This document shows positions 1 through 13,584 of a DNA stretch of 64,000 bases, one piece after another (positions within the stretch are counted from its first letter, which is position 1; every line of letters starts with the position of its first letter). Below the pieces are notes generated by a model. The model searched no databases, was not told where the DNA came from, and worked only from the letters and a program-made list of their open reading frames with translations. Origin of the DNA: Hormiphora californensis (lineage: Eukaryota; Animalia; Ctenophora); assembly GCA_020137815.1 (NCBI GenBank), contig CM035355.1, positions 7,006,001-7,070,000 on the forward strand, given 5' to 3'. The translations under genes were made by a program, and so were the position numbers.

Positions 1-104
1 CTTAGAAAATTACCAAATGGACTTTGTGTCATAGCTTTTGTGTGGCTGCGATCTCTTCTCATGTCTGCTGAGCATGCGCCACTTTGTGAAAGTGCCGCGG
101 CTGC

Positions 105-106
<2 letters not shown>

Positions 107-184
<78 letters not shown>
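107..184. repeat. (GA)n microsatellite
   Basis: Perfect GA run. Similar (GA)/(CT) runs occur at about 2183-2343, 2505-2556, 2943-3110, 14380-14460, 56190-56270, 58205-58372 and 60405-60543. Confidence 0.95.
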
Positions 185-187
<3 letters not shown>

Positions 188-2172
188 AATTGATAATGTT
201 TAGGGTTACCAGAAAAAGATACGTCATGCCAAGCTCATTCCTCCCGCCCAGATTAATTATACTGCAAATTCTGGGTAATGTCCGTTCCTAGGTCGTTGGC
301 TGAGAAATTAGCTGGGAAGAGCCTTAAATTGACTATCTTTTTCTTTCACATTCTTTCATATTCTTAAAGTTATTCAATATATTAATATTTAAGGAAGGGG
401 ATATCGATATTTGAACTTTATAATATAGGGATTGCTATGTTTTTCAATTGTCAACTCTATTTTTGGAGGTTTTGAGACGTTATTGCTATGTAATAATATT
501 ACTAATAGTCGTTATAATTAACCGGTTGTTAAAATCTGATTAACAGTAAAAACGGGCCTCCCAAAATAGTACGACTCCGAAATTCCTGACGCCCTTTTTT
601 ACTAAGAAACAATTTATTTTCTCATTTATGGAGCGGTCTTTGGCAACTACCGTTGAATTGGAAGTGTACTAACTTTCCCGCATCACGTGTAATACGGAGT
701 GCTTGGTACGTGAGGGGGAATTGATAATAGAGAAAATTATCATTTCTTTGTGACATGTTTATTGATACTGTCCAATCTGTAAATTAGTTACATGCATTTC
801 CAAGTCGGTCCTTCTTTTATCCTACACTATATGCTTCTCCACTACTTAATATTACATGTTCTCACTATTTTCCTCTCTTCTCTCCTCTTCTGTTAGTACA
901 TTGACTGTCAACAACTATACCAGGGGAACGCGTATTGCTTTCTTTCATCTCTTTTTCTCCCCTTCACCTATCTCTCTCACCGTGATGAGTTAGGACACAC
1001 TTTCCCTACGTCAGAGCCAGCACTCAGATACACAGCGTATATATTTTGAGAGCTGAGAGTGTGTATATATATGCGGGTAGGAAATCTCGAATTAAATTGA
1101 CCCACCGCACGCTCTCTTCATTTTTCATTCTGTCTGTCTCACAGCTTCTCTCCCTGTCTCTTTCTATCTCTCCCGCATCTCTGCGTTATATCCTTGGCGC
1201 ATAATTGGCCTACTCAGAAGCAGACAGAAAAAAGAACAGGGAGACTGAATGAATGAATGAGAGAAAAAGTGAAGCTCTGACAGAGAAATCAGTGTGGCGA
1301 GAGACCTGTATAGAGTCTGGTGTTGTGTCCTTTCCCATTTCCGCTTGTTTTTTACTTCTCTCTCTCCCCCTGTGTGACAGTATATAGTGTTAGGTAATTG
1401 CGTGATATATAGAACCAGTAGAACTAATAATTTCTTTCTGTATGCCTAATTAATACACAACTATACACATTATCTTTTTTACTTTCCGGAAACCTCGCCT
1501 GTCATTATTTTTGACGCCTCTCTTTTTCTCATTGCCTCCTTATTTTCTCTCGATGGAGGACACATTATAGATCTGTCTGCTGTCTACCCTTCGTCACTCA
1601 TCATCCCTAGCACACTTCTACCGATTCGCTAGTTTGAAGATGCTGCTTCTATCTCTCCACACACCACTACCTAGGCGACAGTGGTGCTACATCAATTACC
1701 TACCCCCTGATTATCCACTGGCACTATATTTGGCCGCTTTCTCTTCCCGTGTGTGTGTGCTTCATTACAGCAAACCAATTGACTCCTGGAGAGTGAGGGA
1801 TAGAGAGATAGAGAGAAGAGGAGCATATGTAAGATGAAGACATGCCATTTCAGATATATTATATGCTAACTTGTTCTCAAGCTGTCCACGTCTCTTCAAT
1901 TAATATATCGTCCTCCTCCCACCGACTAGCCTCCTCCTCCTACTACTACTACTCATAAACATGGTCATTCTCTCCTCCGCGGAATATATTCCGTGGTTTA
2001 TCTGTGTCTGTCTAGGCGTCGCGCTGATTAGCCCCAGCTGCATCTCAAATTCCGCCCTCTCTCTAGAAGGAATACCAACACGCCTTATTGAAATTAATGA
2101 GCGAAAATTAAGGCCTGTTTGCTATTTGCTCACGCTCTCCCTCTCCATATTCCTCCCTCTTCTTCGCTCACC

Positions 2173-2278
<106 letters not shown>

Positions 2279-2294
2279 ATGTCTCTCTCTTTTT

Positions 2295-2347
<53 letters not shown>

Positions 2348-2519
2348 TTCTCTCTATCTATCTTTATGTCTTCTGTCGTGCCTTCCTGACCTCTCAAGCG
2401 TGGTTCGGTGTGTTGCTTTGACAAATCCATGTTGATCTGCTCTTAATTTTTAACCGCTTTGTAAGTGACACGATTTGACACAATTTTGTTTGTGTGTGAG
2501 AGAGAGAGAGATCAGAGAG

Positions 2520-2550
<31 letters not shown>

Positions 2551-2553
2551 GAG

Positions 2554-2556
<3 letters not shown>

Positions 2557-2622
<66 letters not shown>
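2557..2622. repeat. (GT)n microsatellite
   Basis: Perfect GT run directly after a GA-rich tract. Confidence 0.95.
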
Positions 2623-2624
<2 letters not shown>

Positions 2625-2935
2625 ACAATGTTAATAACGGCTAATACTCTCCCACTTACTACAGCTCCTGCGACACTTGTTTGTACGTCCGTTTGCTGTC
2701 TCCACCTATCCTATCTTCTTCTCTCTCGCTGCTTTCTCATCTTATCTTTCTCTCTCGCTGCTTTCTCATCTTATCTTTCTCTCTCGCTGCTTTCTCATCT
2801 GCATGTTTGATTGCAGATAGAAACATAGATTGCTAGTATTTACATACCCATATTACATATAAGTCTCCTCAGCTCTTGTATCTGTGGGGGATAGAGGGCA
2901 GCCGGCAGATATGGTCGAGAGACTATCTTTACGAA

Positions 2936-2974
<39 letters not shown>

Positions 2975-3414
2975 TCTCTCTCTCCTTGTTCTCTCTCTCT
3001 CCCTCTTCCTCCCCTATCTCTCTCTATCCTTCCCTTTCTCTCTATCTGTATCTCTCCCTTTCTATCTCTGATCTCTCTCTCTCAGCTCTCTCTCTCTCTC
3101 TCTCTCTCCCTCTGACGTAGATCGTAGACGTTTCATATTCAGCAGTATATTAATTGAAGGAGGATCTCAACTGCAATCTACCATGTTATGTTGCCCAGCT
3201 CCACTAAATAATATATTCTCTCGCTGGACTCGTCGTTGTTATGTCGAGCAAGGCACTCGGCTACATGTTAATTCTTGTACTGTTGAGGTTCTCTTTTTTA
3301 ACAAGTGTTATTTCCTTACATGCTAGCTTCTATATTTCCGTTTTCTCTTCATCTGAGTCTCTGACACTTTTCTGCCGTATCTCTAATGTCTAGGTAGCTG
3401 TTATGTCACAGTAG

Positions 3415-4862
3415 ATGGGTGAAGAAGACACCAACGAAGACTCTATGGGAGGGTTCAATTCTTCATCGAGTGCCGTTCATCCGGGAGGGCATTTTGTCTA
3501 CCTAACCCCTGCCCTGTTCACCCCTCTCTTCTTGCTGGGCGGGTTCGCTACCTCCTCCCTCCTCTATGTGATCCTAAAGTTCTATCGTCGCTCCATTCAC
3601 CCCTACTTTTTCATGGTCTTCTTTTGCTTCTGTCAGGTATGCGATTATCAAAGGGTTCTCTCACAGGACACAGTTCACTCATTTAATGAGTCATTAATTA
3701 AATTTAAAGTTCATCCACGACCGTTTTCGTCATTCATATGAGATATCCACCGGTAGTTTCTTCATCCCAGTCTCCTCACAACTCCTATTTCTTTCAGATA
3801 TTCGTCCTCTCCCAGTTTCTCCTATCCTTCTTCGGAGCGACAACAAAGCCCCTCGATTGCTCGTTCAACATGACGCTCCGGTCAACAGCAGTCAGCATGT
3901 TATCCTACTCGATGTTCTGTATAACAGCTGCCCGGTTCACCGCCCTAAAGCTACCCCTCCGATACAAACGGATCCTGCACGTGCAGAACCAGTTGGGGGC
4001 ATGTCTGGTGATCATCCTGTGGGCATCCTCCCTCTCAGTACCACCTCTGTTTGGACTTTGTGGATTTGCGTACAATTCACGTGAACAGAGGTGTGAGTAC
4101 TTGGATATCAGTGCATACGGGTGTACCGCATTCTACATAATTTACTGCTTCTTTGGGATCCTCTTCCCACGGCTCCTCACCATCTCCCTCTACGTATTTA
4201 TTTACAAATCCGTCCGGAAGAATCAAAGTTTGAAGCGTCGTTACGCCAGGGTCACATCGTTCCTGAATGGTCTCCAGAACGTCCTGTCAATCACCACAGT
4301 TCTTACATTTGTGCTCACTTCTGAGAACAGGGAGAATGGGGCGGTACGGACTCGTAATATGGCAGCGCCCCCTGTCCGTCCTCCAGTCAGATCACCTGGG
4401 GTGTCCCGGAGAGAACGGACTATGTTCAACGGGGCTATCGATTTTGTGGAGGAGATGAAGCGTCCCAGGGGCTACAGTATCGTAGATAGGCACCCCTCCG
4501 GTCGGACCATGCGACGTTATACCAGTTTCGAGTGCAGGAAGAGGTCCACCTACCAGAAGCTAGTGGAGGATCTGCACAACGTACCATTTGCTATCGTCCT
4601 AGTGGTGACCCTGACGTCGCTCACTGTGCTACCCCTTCTTTGCAACGTTATTCAAGTGGGCCAGGAATCGGACCGGCACTCTTGGGATTGGTTTCTGGAT
4701 ATTGCCCTTCTCTCCCTCCTCATCTCTCTAACCTGCTCACCATACGCCTACCTACTGACTGTGAAAAGTATCAAAGACAAATTTTACATAACCATGCGGC
4801 TGCTACGTCGTTATGTTTACAATAAACGGGATCGGTGGGCCAACAAGTTTTTTAATCGCTAA
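3415..4862 (+). CDS. Orphan class A (rhodopsin-like) 7TM GPCR, 2 exons (3415-3636, 3798-4862)
   Basis: Phase-0 GT-AG intron (CAG|gtatgc...tttcag|ATA) joins two ORFs. Seven hydrophobic segments, TM3 Cys with 'ARF' at the DRY position, ECL2 Cys, long ICL3, and 'SPYAY' at the NPxxY position. Confidence 0.8.
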
Positions 4863-5600
4863 ACGTGTGTGCCCAACTTGGTGTGTGTATAAATGTCACA
4901 ATTATTTTGTGCCTGTTCGTTTGTCTGTTTGTAATTCTGTATGTTTGTTTGTATTTCTGTTTGTCCTGTTGGTTTGATAGAATCAGGTAGTCTGTCCGTC
5001 TGTTTGTCTGTTTTGGTAGTTTGTCAGTTTGTTTGTGTGCGTGTACCTATCTGTCTGTGTGACTGTTTGTATGAGTGAAACTTTGGGTGTTAGTGCAGTG
5101 TTCCAGTAACATTTGGGTGTGAAATAAAGGACAATAAGGTTACTAGAACTTCGTATATGTTTGTGTGCGTGTGTTTTGAGAATGGTACAGTTGTTACTTA
5201 AACTTTTAATATTCCAAATAAATAATTAGCCTGCTATAAATACATCATGTGTGTTAGGTCCAGTAATTATACACACCTTCATACGCTTGATATTGAGATG
5301 TGTGCTTCCAGGTGTCCTATATTGGGGGAATATTCTGCTGAAGAGAAAGTTCAGCTTGGCAAGAATGTACAGTTCAGGAATTCTATCTGTGAGAGAGAAG
5401 GAAGAGAGGGAGGGAGGGAAAAAATGAGAGGTAGGAGGAAAGAAAAAATAAGAGAGGTTGAGAGATAGAGAGAAGGAGGAAACCACTAATGCGACCGCTA
5501 CACGCATGGGCAACTCTCTCAGGTTAAGGTATAACAACTAGATCAGATTGCTACCTCAGATGCTACAGTTTGCTTCCTCTCATCCTCCTGTAATACCACC

Positions 5601-8083
5601 ATGTCCAAGAAGGGAGGAAGGCGTCCCACTGCCATTGATAAGCCTGATGAAGAAGGTATATAATATAGGTTTTTTAAAGATCGTAGCTCTGTATGTTTCT
5701 GTGTGTGTCCGTTATTAACGCTAACGACCAGTCTATTGCACTTCACTGTTTGTGTCCAATTGAGAACGGAGAGATGAATAAAACGGAACGTGAGGGGAGA
5801 GAGACTTTGAAAATCGAGTAAGTATATTAAAAACACGGAAGAGAGTGAAAGATAGAGAGTGGTCTTGCGTAATAACCAATATATAATAATCTAGTTTGTT
5901 TAACGCTTATTGTGAATTTCTAGTCCTCTACTATTTTGTAATGAGAGCTTCTAGACGTGGTACCCCTACCCGCCTCCGCTTTAAATGTCCCGGTTTGTGT
6001 ACAGTATGTTTTAGTTAGTGTGTCATGTCCCAACATATTTCGTATGTGTGTGCGTAATTTGGCTCCCTTCCAAAACCACTCCCCCGTCACTAACAATGTG
6101 CGGTTTTTCAGTTCTGGAAAACCTGAAAAACGGATTCACGAAACTCCGGGAGACGCCTAAATTTCAGGAGTACGTGGAAGCTAAGAAAATGAGAGGTAAT
6201 TAACTGTTCTAGGGGCCCTCCTTCTCTCCATTCATTTTCAGAACACCCTTTAGACCTCCTTTTCTCCACTCCTTTTCACGTCTACTTTTAGCCCCCTTCT
6301 CTCGTTAGAGATCCCATATTCCCACATAGTTTTCTCTCGATCCGACCTCCCTATTCGTTTGTAAACCCCTGTTCCCCACCCCAGATAACAACGGAGAGAC
6401 GACCCTACCGATCCCAGTGAGTTTGCGGTGGCACGAGATCCAGGAATATGAACGAGCCTTCAAGGACTTTGATCAAAACGGAGATGGTACGTGTTATTTG
6501 TTGAGTAACTCAACAACGTGTTTTAGGGGTTGACGCTGGGGTGGTTTTGGTACGTGAAGGAGTTGTAGCTACTAGCTGGGGTTGGTATTTGTGTCAGGTT
6601 GTTTTCTGGGGTTGGTAGTTGTGACAGGACTTGTTGAGTAAGGGGTTACTTACTCAACAAGACATGATCGAATGTTTTGTGGGGTGGATTTTAGGATTCC
6701 TGAGAATCTCAGTGAGATGTGGGGTATAGATTCATTTATTGGTTTAGATGCTGCGTCATTTTGAAGAGGGGTGTCACTTTGTAGCAGCTAAAATGAAGTC
6801 CTCCTACCCTATACCGATCAATCTAGGCATTATCACGGTGGATGAGCTGCCTGACGTGCTTGATAGTATCGGTCTTAAACCTAGTCCTGAAGAAGTAGAG
6901 GTAGATACTGCTACATGTGTAGTCCCGTAATGTGTGTGTAACTTATCCAGCTACTTGAAGTTGTTTCTTGGCTATCAGGCCAATTCTCAGACAGTTTCTT
7001 GGCATTATACCTTCTGCACCTTGTTGATTCAACAAGCTACCTGTTACACCGCTGACATAACTTCGTGTAATACCACCCTTGTTATACGAAAGTATTGCCA
7101 TCGAGTCACCATGCAGCTTCACTAATACATGACCACATTCCCATTACCTAGTTGGATGTAGTAGTACCGATAGAAGAACATTATTAAGTCACGACTTGTT
7201 CACTGCGTAATGCTGTGTAATAAGCTGCAACCGCTGATAGCTAGAGAGATAGAGAGATGCTAGAGGGAGATCAGAATCTGATTCAGATGTAGAGGGAGAG
7301 ATGCTAGAGAGAGATAATGGGAAAACGACAAACAGACTAACGTGTCGTTATGTGTCTTCACGCCCACCCATTATATCCACCACACCCTACATCTACATCA
7401 ACAAATGTCCACAGGAGATGGTTGCTAAGGTTGACATCAATAATGATGGTATAATTGATATCTGTGAGTTTATCAGAATGATGAGCCTTCAACAGAACCC
7501 CCTCATAACACCGGAGAGTCAGCTCGAGGATATATTCAGGATATTTGATAAGGATGGAAGCGGCTTCGTTACACGAGTAATTATAGCTTGTGTTGCTGTG
7601 TGATGTGTTTTTTAGTGACTGCATTGTTATAGCCCCGTGTATGTGTCTCTAGCCTAGATTTGAGTTGAAGCTCCTAGAGTTTGCCTAGCTAGACTGTGTA
7701 AAGGAGAGTTAGAACATAACAACCTAGTGTCTAGGAGCTTCATCTCAAATGTGTCTCGCCTGTCTGGCCAATGCTCTGACAGTGTCTCGCTGTAACCGCA
7801 GTACTGTACTCTACTGAATCTTTCATCTTTTTGACGCCGGGCAGTATTTTTTGAGCGTTGTGGCTATTGGAGCATGAAGCACTACGTTCTTTTGAGGCAC
7901 TAAGCAGCTACCCCTCTAGCATTGAATCTCTTTTAGGACGTGTTACGACAGATATTGTTGAGCTTGGCCCATCCAGTTTCTGAAGAAGGGATAGACGCGT
8001 TAATGAAAAAGGGGGACAGAAAGGGAGAGGGACGTCTCACACGCTCCGATTTTATTCGTCTTATGATGAATAGAAGGGGATGA
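5601..8083 (+). CDS. Calmodulin-like 4-EF-hand protein with N-terminal extension, 6 exons (5601-5655, 6112-6195, 6385-6486, 6827-6900, 7415-7576, 7937-8083)
   Basis: Phase-compatible GT-AG introns. EF loops DQNGDGIITVDE, DINNDGIIDICE, DKDGSGFVTRDV and degenerate DRKGEGRLTRSD; calmodulin-like 'EIQEYERAFKDFD' and 'SIGLKPSPEEVEEMV'. Confidence 0.85.
6498..6516. mobile_element. 19-bp TTGTTGAG-family end-only footprint
   Basis: ttgttgagtaactcaacaa flanked by cgtgttat/cgtgtttt (7/8 TSD match). Confidence 0.65.
6631..6660. mobile_element. 30-bp TTGTTGAG-family footprint
   Basis: ttgttgagtaaggggttacttactcaacaa flanked by gacaggac/gacatgat (6/8 match). Confidence 0.65.
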
Positions 8084-8294
8084 ACTGTATAATTGTAATT
8101 GGGAAGTGTTGTATTGCTAGACGCCCGGGGATGTTATTCTGCGAGACATTATCTGAAGAAATCAGAGAGAGATATTGTGTGGTCAGACGATCATGATGAT
8201 ATAATGAGAGAACTAAATGGGAGAGTGATGCGGGGGTTTCAGAGCTCAAATAATAAAGTCACGTGTTTTTTAAACGAGAGGAAATACAGTAGAT

Positions 8295-8320
8295 TTGTTG
8301 AGTAATTACTTACTCAACGA
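8295..8320. mobile_element. 26-bp TTGTTGAG-family footprint
   Basis: ttgttgagtaattacttactcaacga flanked by a perfect 8-bp TSD, cagtagat. Confidence 0.8.
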
Positions 8321-8419
8321 CAGTAGATGGTAACTATTTGATAATAATATCAAATAATTAATTAATTATTTGATATATCTAGCAAGATACAACTCTTACT
8401 CTTTGTATTATACCACCAT

Positions 8420-8968
8420 CAGGCATGGCGGAAGATATTTTTCTCAGCTGGGGCCACTTTCAGATATTTTGATCACGTGACCGGTCACGTGACATTTTCC
8501 GATTTTTCAAGTTGCGCGCAGTTTCACCAAACTTCTGGATCCTCTATACATCAAATTGAAATTGATCAGTAGGCTCATGGTTTGAACTGGGAGGTGGGGA
8601 AACAGGAGGTTGTACTGACGGAGGAGCAACTTTGACCAAGAAGCGTTTCATTGTCGAAGTGCAAATGTTAAATCACAATTCAAGGATAAATCAATTTCAG
8701 TCGAATGGCTAGCTCACGCACACATATAGACGAACCCTCATTAGATCGATGTCTATCACTATCCCACCTTGTATGACAAACTGCCTCTACCAGAATTTCT
8801 GTTTAGCGTAATACGAAACGGTTTAGAAAATAATCCTGGACCAGCCTCATACAACGCTAAATGTTTACCTAGCGTTAGAAAAAGTGAAAGTGGCCCCACC
8901 TGCCCCTGGTAGGTAAAATTTTACATGGGGCCATGGCCCCGGCTGCCCCCCTTGTTCCGCCACCCCTG
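8420..8968. mobile_element. hAT-type MITE
   Basis: CAGG...CCTG imperfect TIRs (caggcatggcggaa / ttccgccacccctg) and a perfect 8-bp TSD, accaccat. Confidence 0.8.
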
Positions 8969-9164
8969 ACCACCATGCACACACACACAGTACACAGATT
9001 AGTTCACACACACACACACATGTCACATAAATATTTAGCAAAAATATGTATTAATAAAAGTGCGTAACATGCACATGTGTAATATATAATTATGCACAAA
9101 TATATAGATCAAGTCATTTCCCCCATGGTAATTGGTTAAAAGGTGTCTGGCACCACAACATAAA

Positions 9165-9292
9165 CAGTCGGACCACGATTTACCGGGATCCTCGGGGGAA
9201 ACAGTTTTTCCCGGTAAATCCTCGGGGAAACGGTTTTCCCCGGTAAATCGGGGTTCCAGTAAATCGAAGCCCGGTAAATCGGGGTCTGACTG
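9165..9292. mobile_element. Short MITE, Tc1/mariner-pogo-like
   Basis: TIRs cagtcggaccacgatttaccggg / cccggtaaatcggggtctgactg; right end is followed by TA; internal ggtaaatc repeats. Confidence 0.65.
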
Positions 9293-9378
9293 TATCTCGA
9301 TAGACAAGGGTCGACCTTGACAGCAAGCTACGTATACATATATCTCTTTCTCTGCACACTGTCTCTCTCTCTCTACAC

Positions 9379-12300
9379 CTTTCCACCGGGAGAGGTGCGG
9401 GTTTCTGAAGTCTGTTGCTGCTGCTCAGTCTCTGACTTGTTATTGCTGTCCTGTTCTTTGTGCATGATGTCGAATATCAACTTATCAATCTTACAGGGGG
9501 AATGGGTCAGTATTGTGAGTCATCCCTCATATCCTTGTATAACAAAATACGTAGTCACCCCTCCTGGCATAGATCCCAACAAAGGCCACATGTCGTACGG
9601 TTTCGGAATAGCTACGCCTCTAAACATGTCTCAACTCCCCCTCTCTCTCTCCCTTTCTCACCTGAAGTCTGCACAGGTCCCTGTTGTAGGTACTCATGTC
9701 ACGGAGCTGATGGGCCACGGTCCGGCCGTAGTCTGAGCACAGGTCTGCCACCTCATCGATTGAAGACTCCCTCTCCAGACGACGCTTCTTTGGGGTTGAT
9801 TCGCCTGTGGGTAAAGATAGGTTACAATTAGGACACTTTGAGATGGGCTTCAGTCAGAATCTATCGTTCTCCATCTATCTAACGGGCGACAACTAAAAAT
9901 TGTCCCTAATTTAAAACGGCTGTATAAATTTTTCCTTTTGAGATACAGCTTCGGGCCAGTTATAGAACGATTTTTCAGACAATTTTGAATCGGAATAACA
10001 TACTGCCAAAGTCTTAAAAGTTCATTTTCATTGCGATATCGCATCATTTCCTCTTGTCCCTCCAAAGCATGTAGTACGGAGATTTGAAACTTCTATGTTA
10101 TCAGAAACGACCATCCCGATGAGATAGAATTCTCAAAATTGGAAGTCTGGTTGTTCATGCCAGAACCAACATCACTGCCAAGTTTGAAAATTTCAGCTCA
10201 TTAAGAAGTTGGTTTTCCACGTCATTAATGTTTCAAGAGATTGTCGAAATGGCGATTTCTCAAATTACCTGTAAACTACGCTTTGTTACAGAAAATTCTG
10301 ATCAGGAAATTGAGATCAACGGAGTTTGAAACAAAGTTAATTTCGTTCAAAATTGTCTGAAAAATCATTCTATCACTATCCCGAAGCTGAATCTCAAACA
10401 GAACAGGTGCTATAGGCGCTAGAAAAGTGTGTAAATTTCACGTACTAAATGCTTTGGTGGGGCAAGAGGAAATGATGCGATATCGCAATGAAAATGAACT
10501 GTTTAGTCTTCGCCGTTATGTTACTCCGATTTAAAATTGTCTGAAAAATCGTTCTATCACTGGCCCGAAGCTGTATCTCAAAAGGAAAAACTTCTACAGC
10601 TGTTTTAAATTAGGGACAATTTTTAGTTGTCACCCGTTATCTTGCCCTCTTTCTCCCCTCTATCTCCCATCTATCTCTTTGTCTCTCCCTGTACCTGTGT
10701 CGTTTCTCTGTGAGGCATCGAACTGCGAAGAGGGCGGAGTACAGGCCCGGACCGCATCACTTTCCTTATTCTGCAAGAGATAACCATGTTACAATCTCCT
10801 TGAATTGTGACATAGTGTCTCAACACAATCTCCCCACCCCACTTTACCGAATTATAGCAATTTCCAATTAGTTTAAGGCTGCCATCTAGCTGCCACTCCT
10901 ACTTACTGTGGCCTGTGGGCTGCGTGTGCTCTGGTCAGGGCTATGATATGGGCTAGCAGTCTGCATCTGTTCCTCGATGGTTGAGACACCATTCAGTGGG
11001 AAACATCCCGTCTCGGCAAGTGGGCCCTGAAATGAACTGTGTGTCAGTTGTCATACTACATAACCATGAAACGTCGGTTCGGAGAGAGAACTGTTTTGTA
11101 AGACAATGTGTCAGTTGAGTCGCTTGACACTGTATGAACAATTCAATGTGAAAGCATGGTATATTGAGTAGCGGGTGGTCCACTCAACAAATGAGCAGTT
11201 CGTGAAGATCTAAAAACTCATAATTTAGATTCACCATTCAGATGATTCTCCAGAGAGTGTATATATTTTAAACTGAGTGAACTATAAGAGCATACAACGT
11301 AACAACGCAACCTCACAAATTGCAATGCCACCCACTAAGCTATCTCCCTAACTTGTCTCTCCCCGGGAGGTCCCCCCTCGTCGTGTTGGTTATCGACGCG
11401 GGTGGCGTGACGATCATCCCCTCCAGCTCCCCACCCACCATGCAGTGCTCTTACGCACGTTGCTCCGTGGGTGGTGGGAAGGGAGAGAAACCTGCCACCC
11501 ACAATGATCTGTACTGACCTGGAGAGCTTTGAGAACCGCCATGAGATCTGTGTTGGCTACTGAGAAAGCGCTGGCCACACTGTCAATCGTAGGGGTAGAT
11601 CCAATGGGTACTTGAACAGCACACTCCATGTTGTTTGAAGACACGACAGGGACGTGAGATTCTCGTTTCATGGTGGGGAGTTGGTATACAGCTGACTTGC
11701 TGAAGTTCTGAAATAAAAATAGAATTTTAAACGTCGCTGGAGGTTTATCTTTCTCTCTCTGTGTCCCCGATCTTCCTGCGTCACGCTCAAAATAAATTAA
11801 TATTCCCATCTCCCTCTCCAGAACCCATCACTCCTTATTTGACTAGAGAACTCTCAAAAAGGCCCCTCCCTGTTATACGACGTACTTGATTTTCCGAACC
11901 CTCACAAAAATAAAATGCGGTATGAGCCACAACGATGTACCTTTTGAAATCCAACCTCTGAGCCGGTTTCATTTTTAACGCTCATAAACTCCTGAATGAA
12001 CTGTAGGCACTCATAGTAAGGCCATCTGGAGACAATCTTCTCGCTCGTTTTGCGTTCGTGATCCTGGAGTTTCTTTGTTTCCCTCCGGAAGTAACTTCTC
12101 AGGTTCTCCAACTTTCTCTTCGTCTCGTTCACTGGAAAATACACAGTGTTAGTGGTTGGTTGGTGGTCTATTTCATAAGGGTGAGAGTTTGGCAGAGCAA
12201 GGTTGGTGGCTGGTGGTGGTTGGTGGTATCATAGTGGGCATGTCACACTATAATGGGATAATGGTGGCCCAATGTTAGCACATCAGGAATATAGCAAATT

Positions 12301-12776
12301 TTAGGGATTCTCAGAATCCCACCCTGGGTATAATACCGGGGTACTAAGAGTAGGAACCGACCGACACAAGTAAACTAAAACAGCCAATCAGAACTCGTTA
12401 TTTAGGTCACGTGACTGGTTATCAGCCAATCAGGGACCAGTATTTCCTGATTCGGTCGGTTCCTAACTAAGATGAATAGATTTATCAGGCGTTTGGGAGA
12501 AGAGGTTTAGAAAGGGACAGCCACTGCGCTGACAAGCGCAAACGTAGCCATTATATGTTATGTACCTGTTAAATCGGGGATGTTGAGTTCTCTCACGAGA
12601 TCCTCATAGACCATATTCCTGATATCTCTGTGAAAGTACTCTGGGTTACTAGGGTTCCATAACACCGTCTTCTTCTCGTACATCTGTATCAGCCGGATGA
12701 TCCTCTCGTGGGTCCAGTCGATGGTGGGGGATCCAGTAGTGTGGTGAGTTGTTGTTAACGTCGTAGAGGATTGTGC
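9379..12776 (-). CDS. MADF (Myb/SANT-like) plus BESS-like transcription factor, multi-exon; both ends uncertain
   Basis: Exons ~12566-12776 and 11941-12133 give DWTHERIIRLIQMYEKKTVLWNPSNPEYFHRDIR...KRKLENLRSYFRRE...SRWPYYECLQFI (MADF). Exons ~9663-9805 and 9379-9489 give DYGRTVAHQLRDMSTYNRDLCRLQIDKLIFD (BESS-like). Confidence 0.75.
9881..10638. mobile_element. Non-autonomous DNA element with ~190-bp TIRs and 4-bp TSD, intronic
   Basis: aacgggcgacaactaaaaattgtccc... / ...gggacaatttttagttgtcacccgtt, flanked by atct/atct. Confidence 0.8.
12351..12465. mobile_element. 115-bp hAT-like MITE
   Basis: TIRs taggaaccgaccga / tcggtcggttccta; TSD actaagag/actaagat. Confidence 0.75.
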
Positions 12777-12988
12777 TGTAGAGGGAAGGAAGGGAGGGGT
12801 CAGATAGTGCTGTGGAAAGGGAGGGGAAGGGTCGTAGAGGATTGTGCTGTAGAGGGAGGGGAGGGGGTTATAGAACTAGAACCATAGATGGTCAAGTTGA
12901 GGGGTTGCAATATGAAGGAAGGAGACTTATTTTGGCAGGTAAAATCGTATTTAGCTGGTTCCGCCCTGTCTAGTCTTATAATAAAGCT

Positions 12989-13584
12989 GGGGGGGGGGTC
13001 CAGCCCTAAAAAAAGCTAAAGGTACCCTGATTTTGGTCGATAGCGTTTTTTATTTCAGCTTTTTTTAGCTTTTTTTAGCTTTTTTTAGCTTTTTTTAGCC
13101 CTACTTTTTATGTTTTTTTCAGCATTCATCTTGACACTTTTCCATTAAATTTTCATCCTTCCAGACGTCTATTGACTGCATTTGTTCATTTCCTGCACAT
13201 TTTTTACCATAATCTACCGTTTATGTCCATACATAGCAATTTCTGTATCCACCCCTACTGCCATTTTCTGGAGACATTTTTTCGATAAAAATATTATTCA
13301 AATTTGATAAAAATAGTTTTAAAAAAGTTCAAAAAACGTTATAAAACGTTATAATAAAAGTTTAAAAAATTTGGCGTCAGCGGGATTCGAACCTATATGA
13401 ATCCACTAAAAACTCAATTTTAGCTTTTTTTTTTAGCTTTTTTTAGCTTTTTTTAGCCTTAAAAAAGCTAAAAAAAGCTAAAAATAGCTAAAAAAAGCTA
13501 AAAAAAGCTAAAAAAGCTAAAAAAAGCTAAAGGTACCCTGATCTTGGCCGTTATCTTAGCTTTTTTTAGGGCTGGACCCCCCCC
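12989..13584. mobile_element. Poly-G-terminated foldback element A
   Basis: Gn-tccagccctaaaaaaagctaa TIR, 6-bp TSD aaagct, inverted arrays of the 10-bp unit AGCTTTTTTT. Confidence 0.85.

Noticed and set aside
11162-11190. Possible extra TTGTTGAG footprint (also single ends at 33691 and 36316-36327)
   Set aside because: Degenerate or unpaired, with no TSD; not counted.
13340-13400. tRNA gene
   Set aside because: Only a T-loop/3' fragment is present; no D-arm or anticodon arm.
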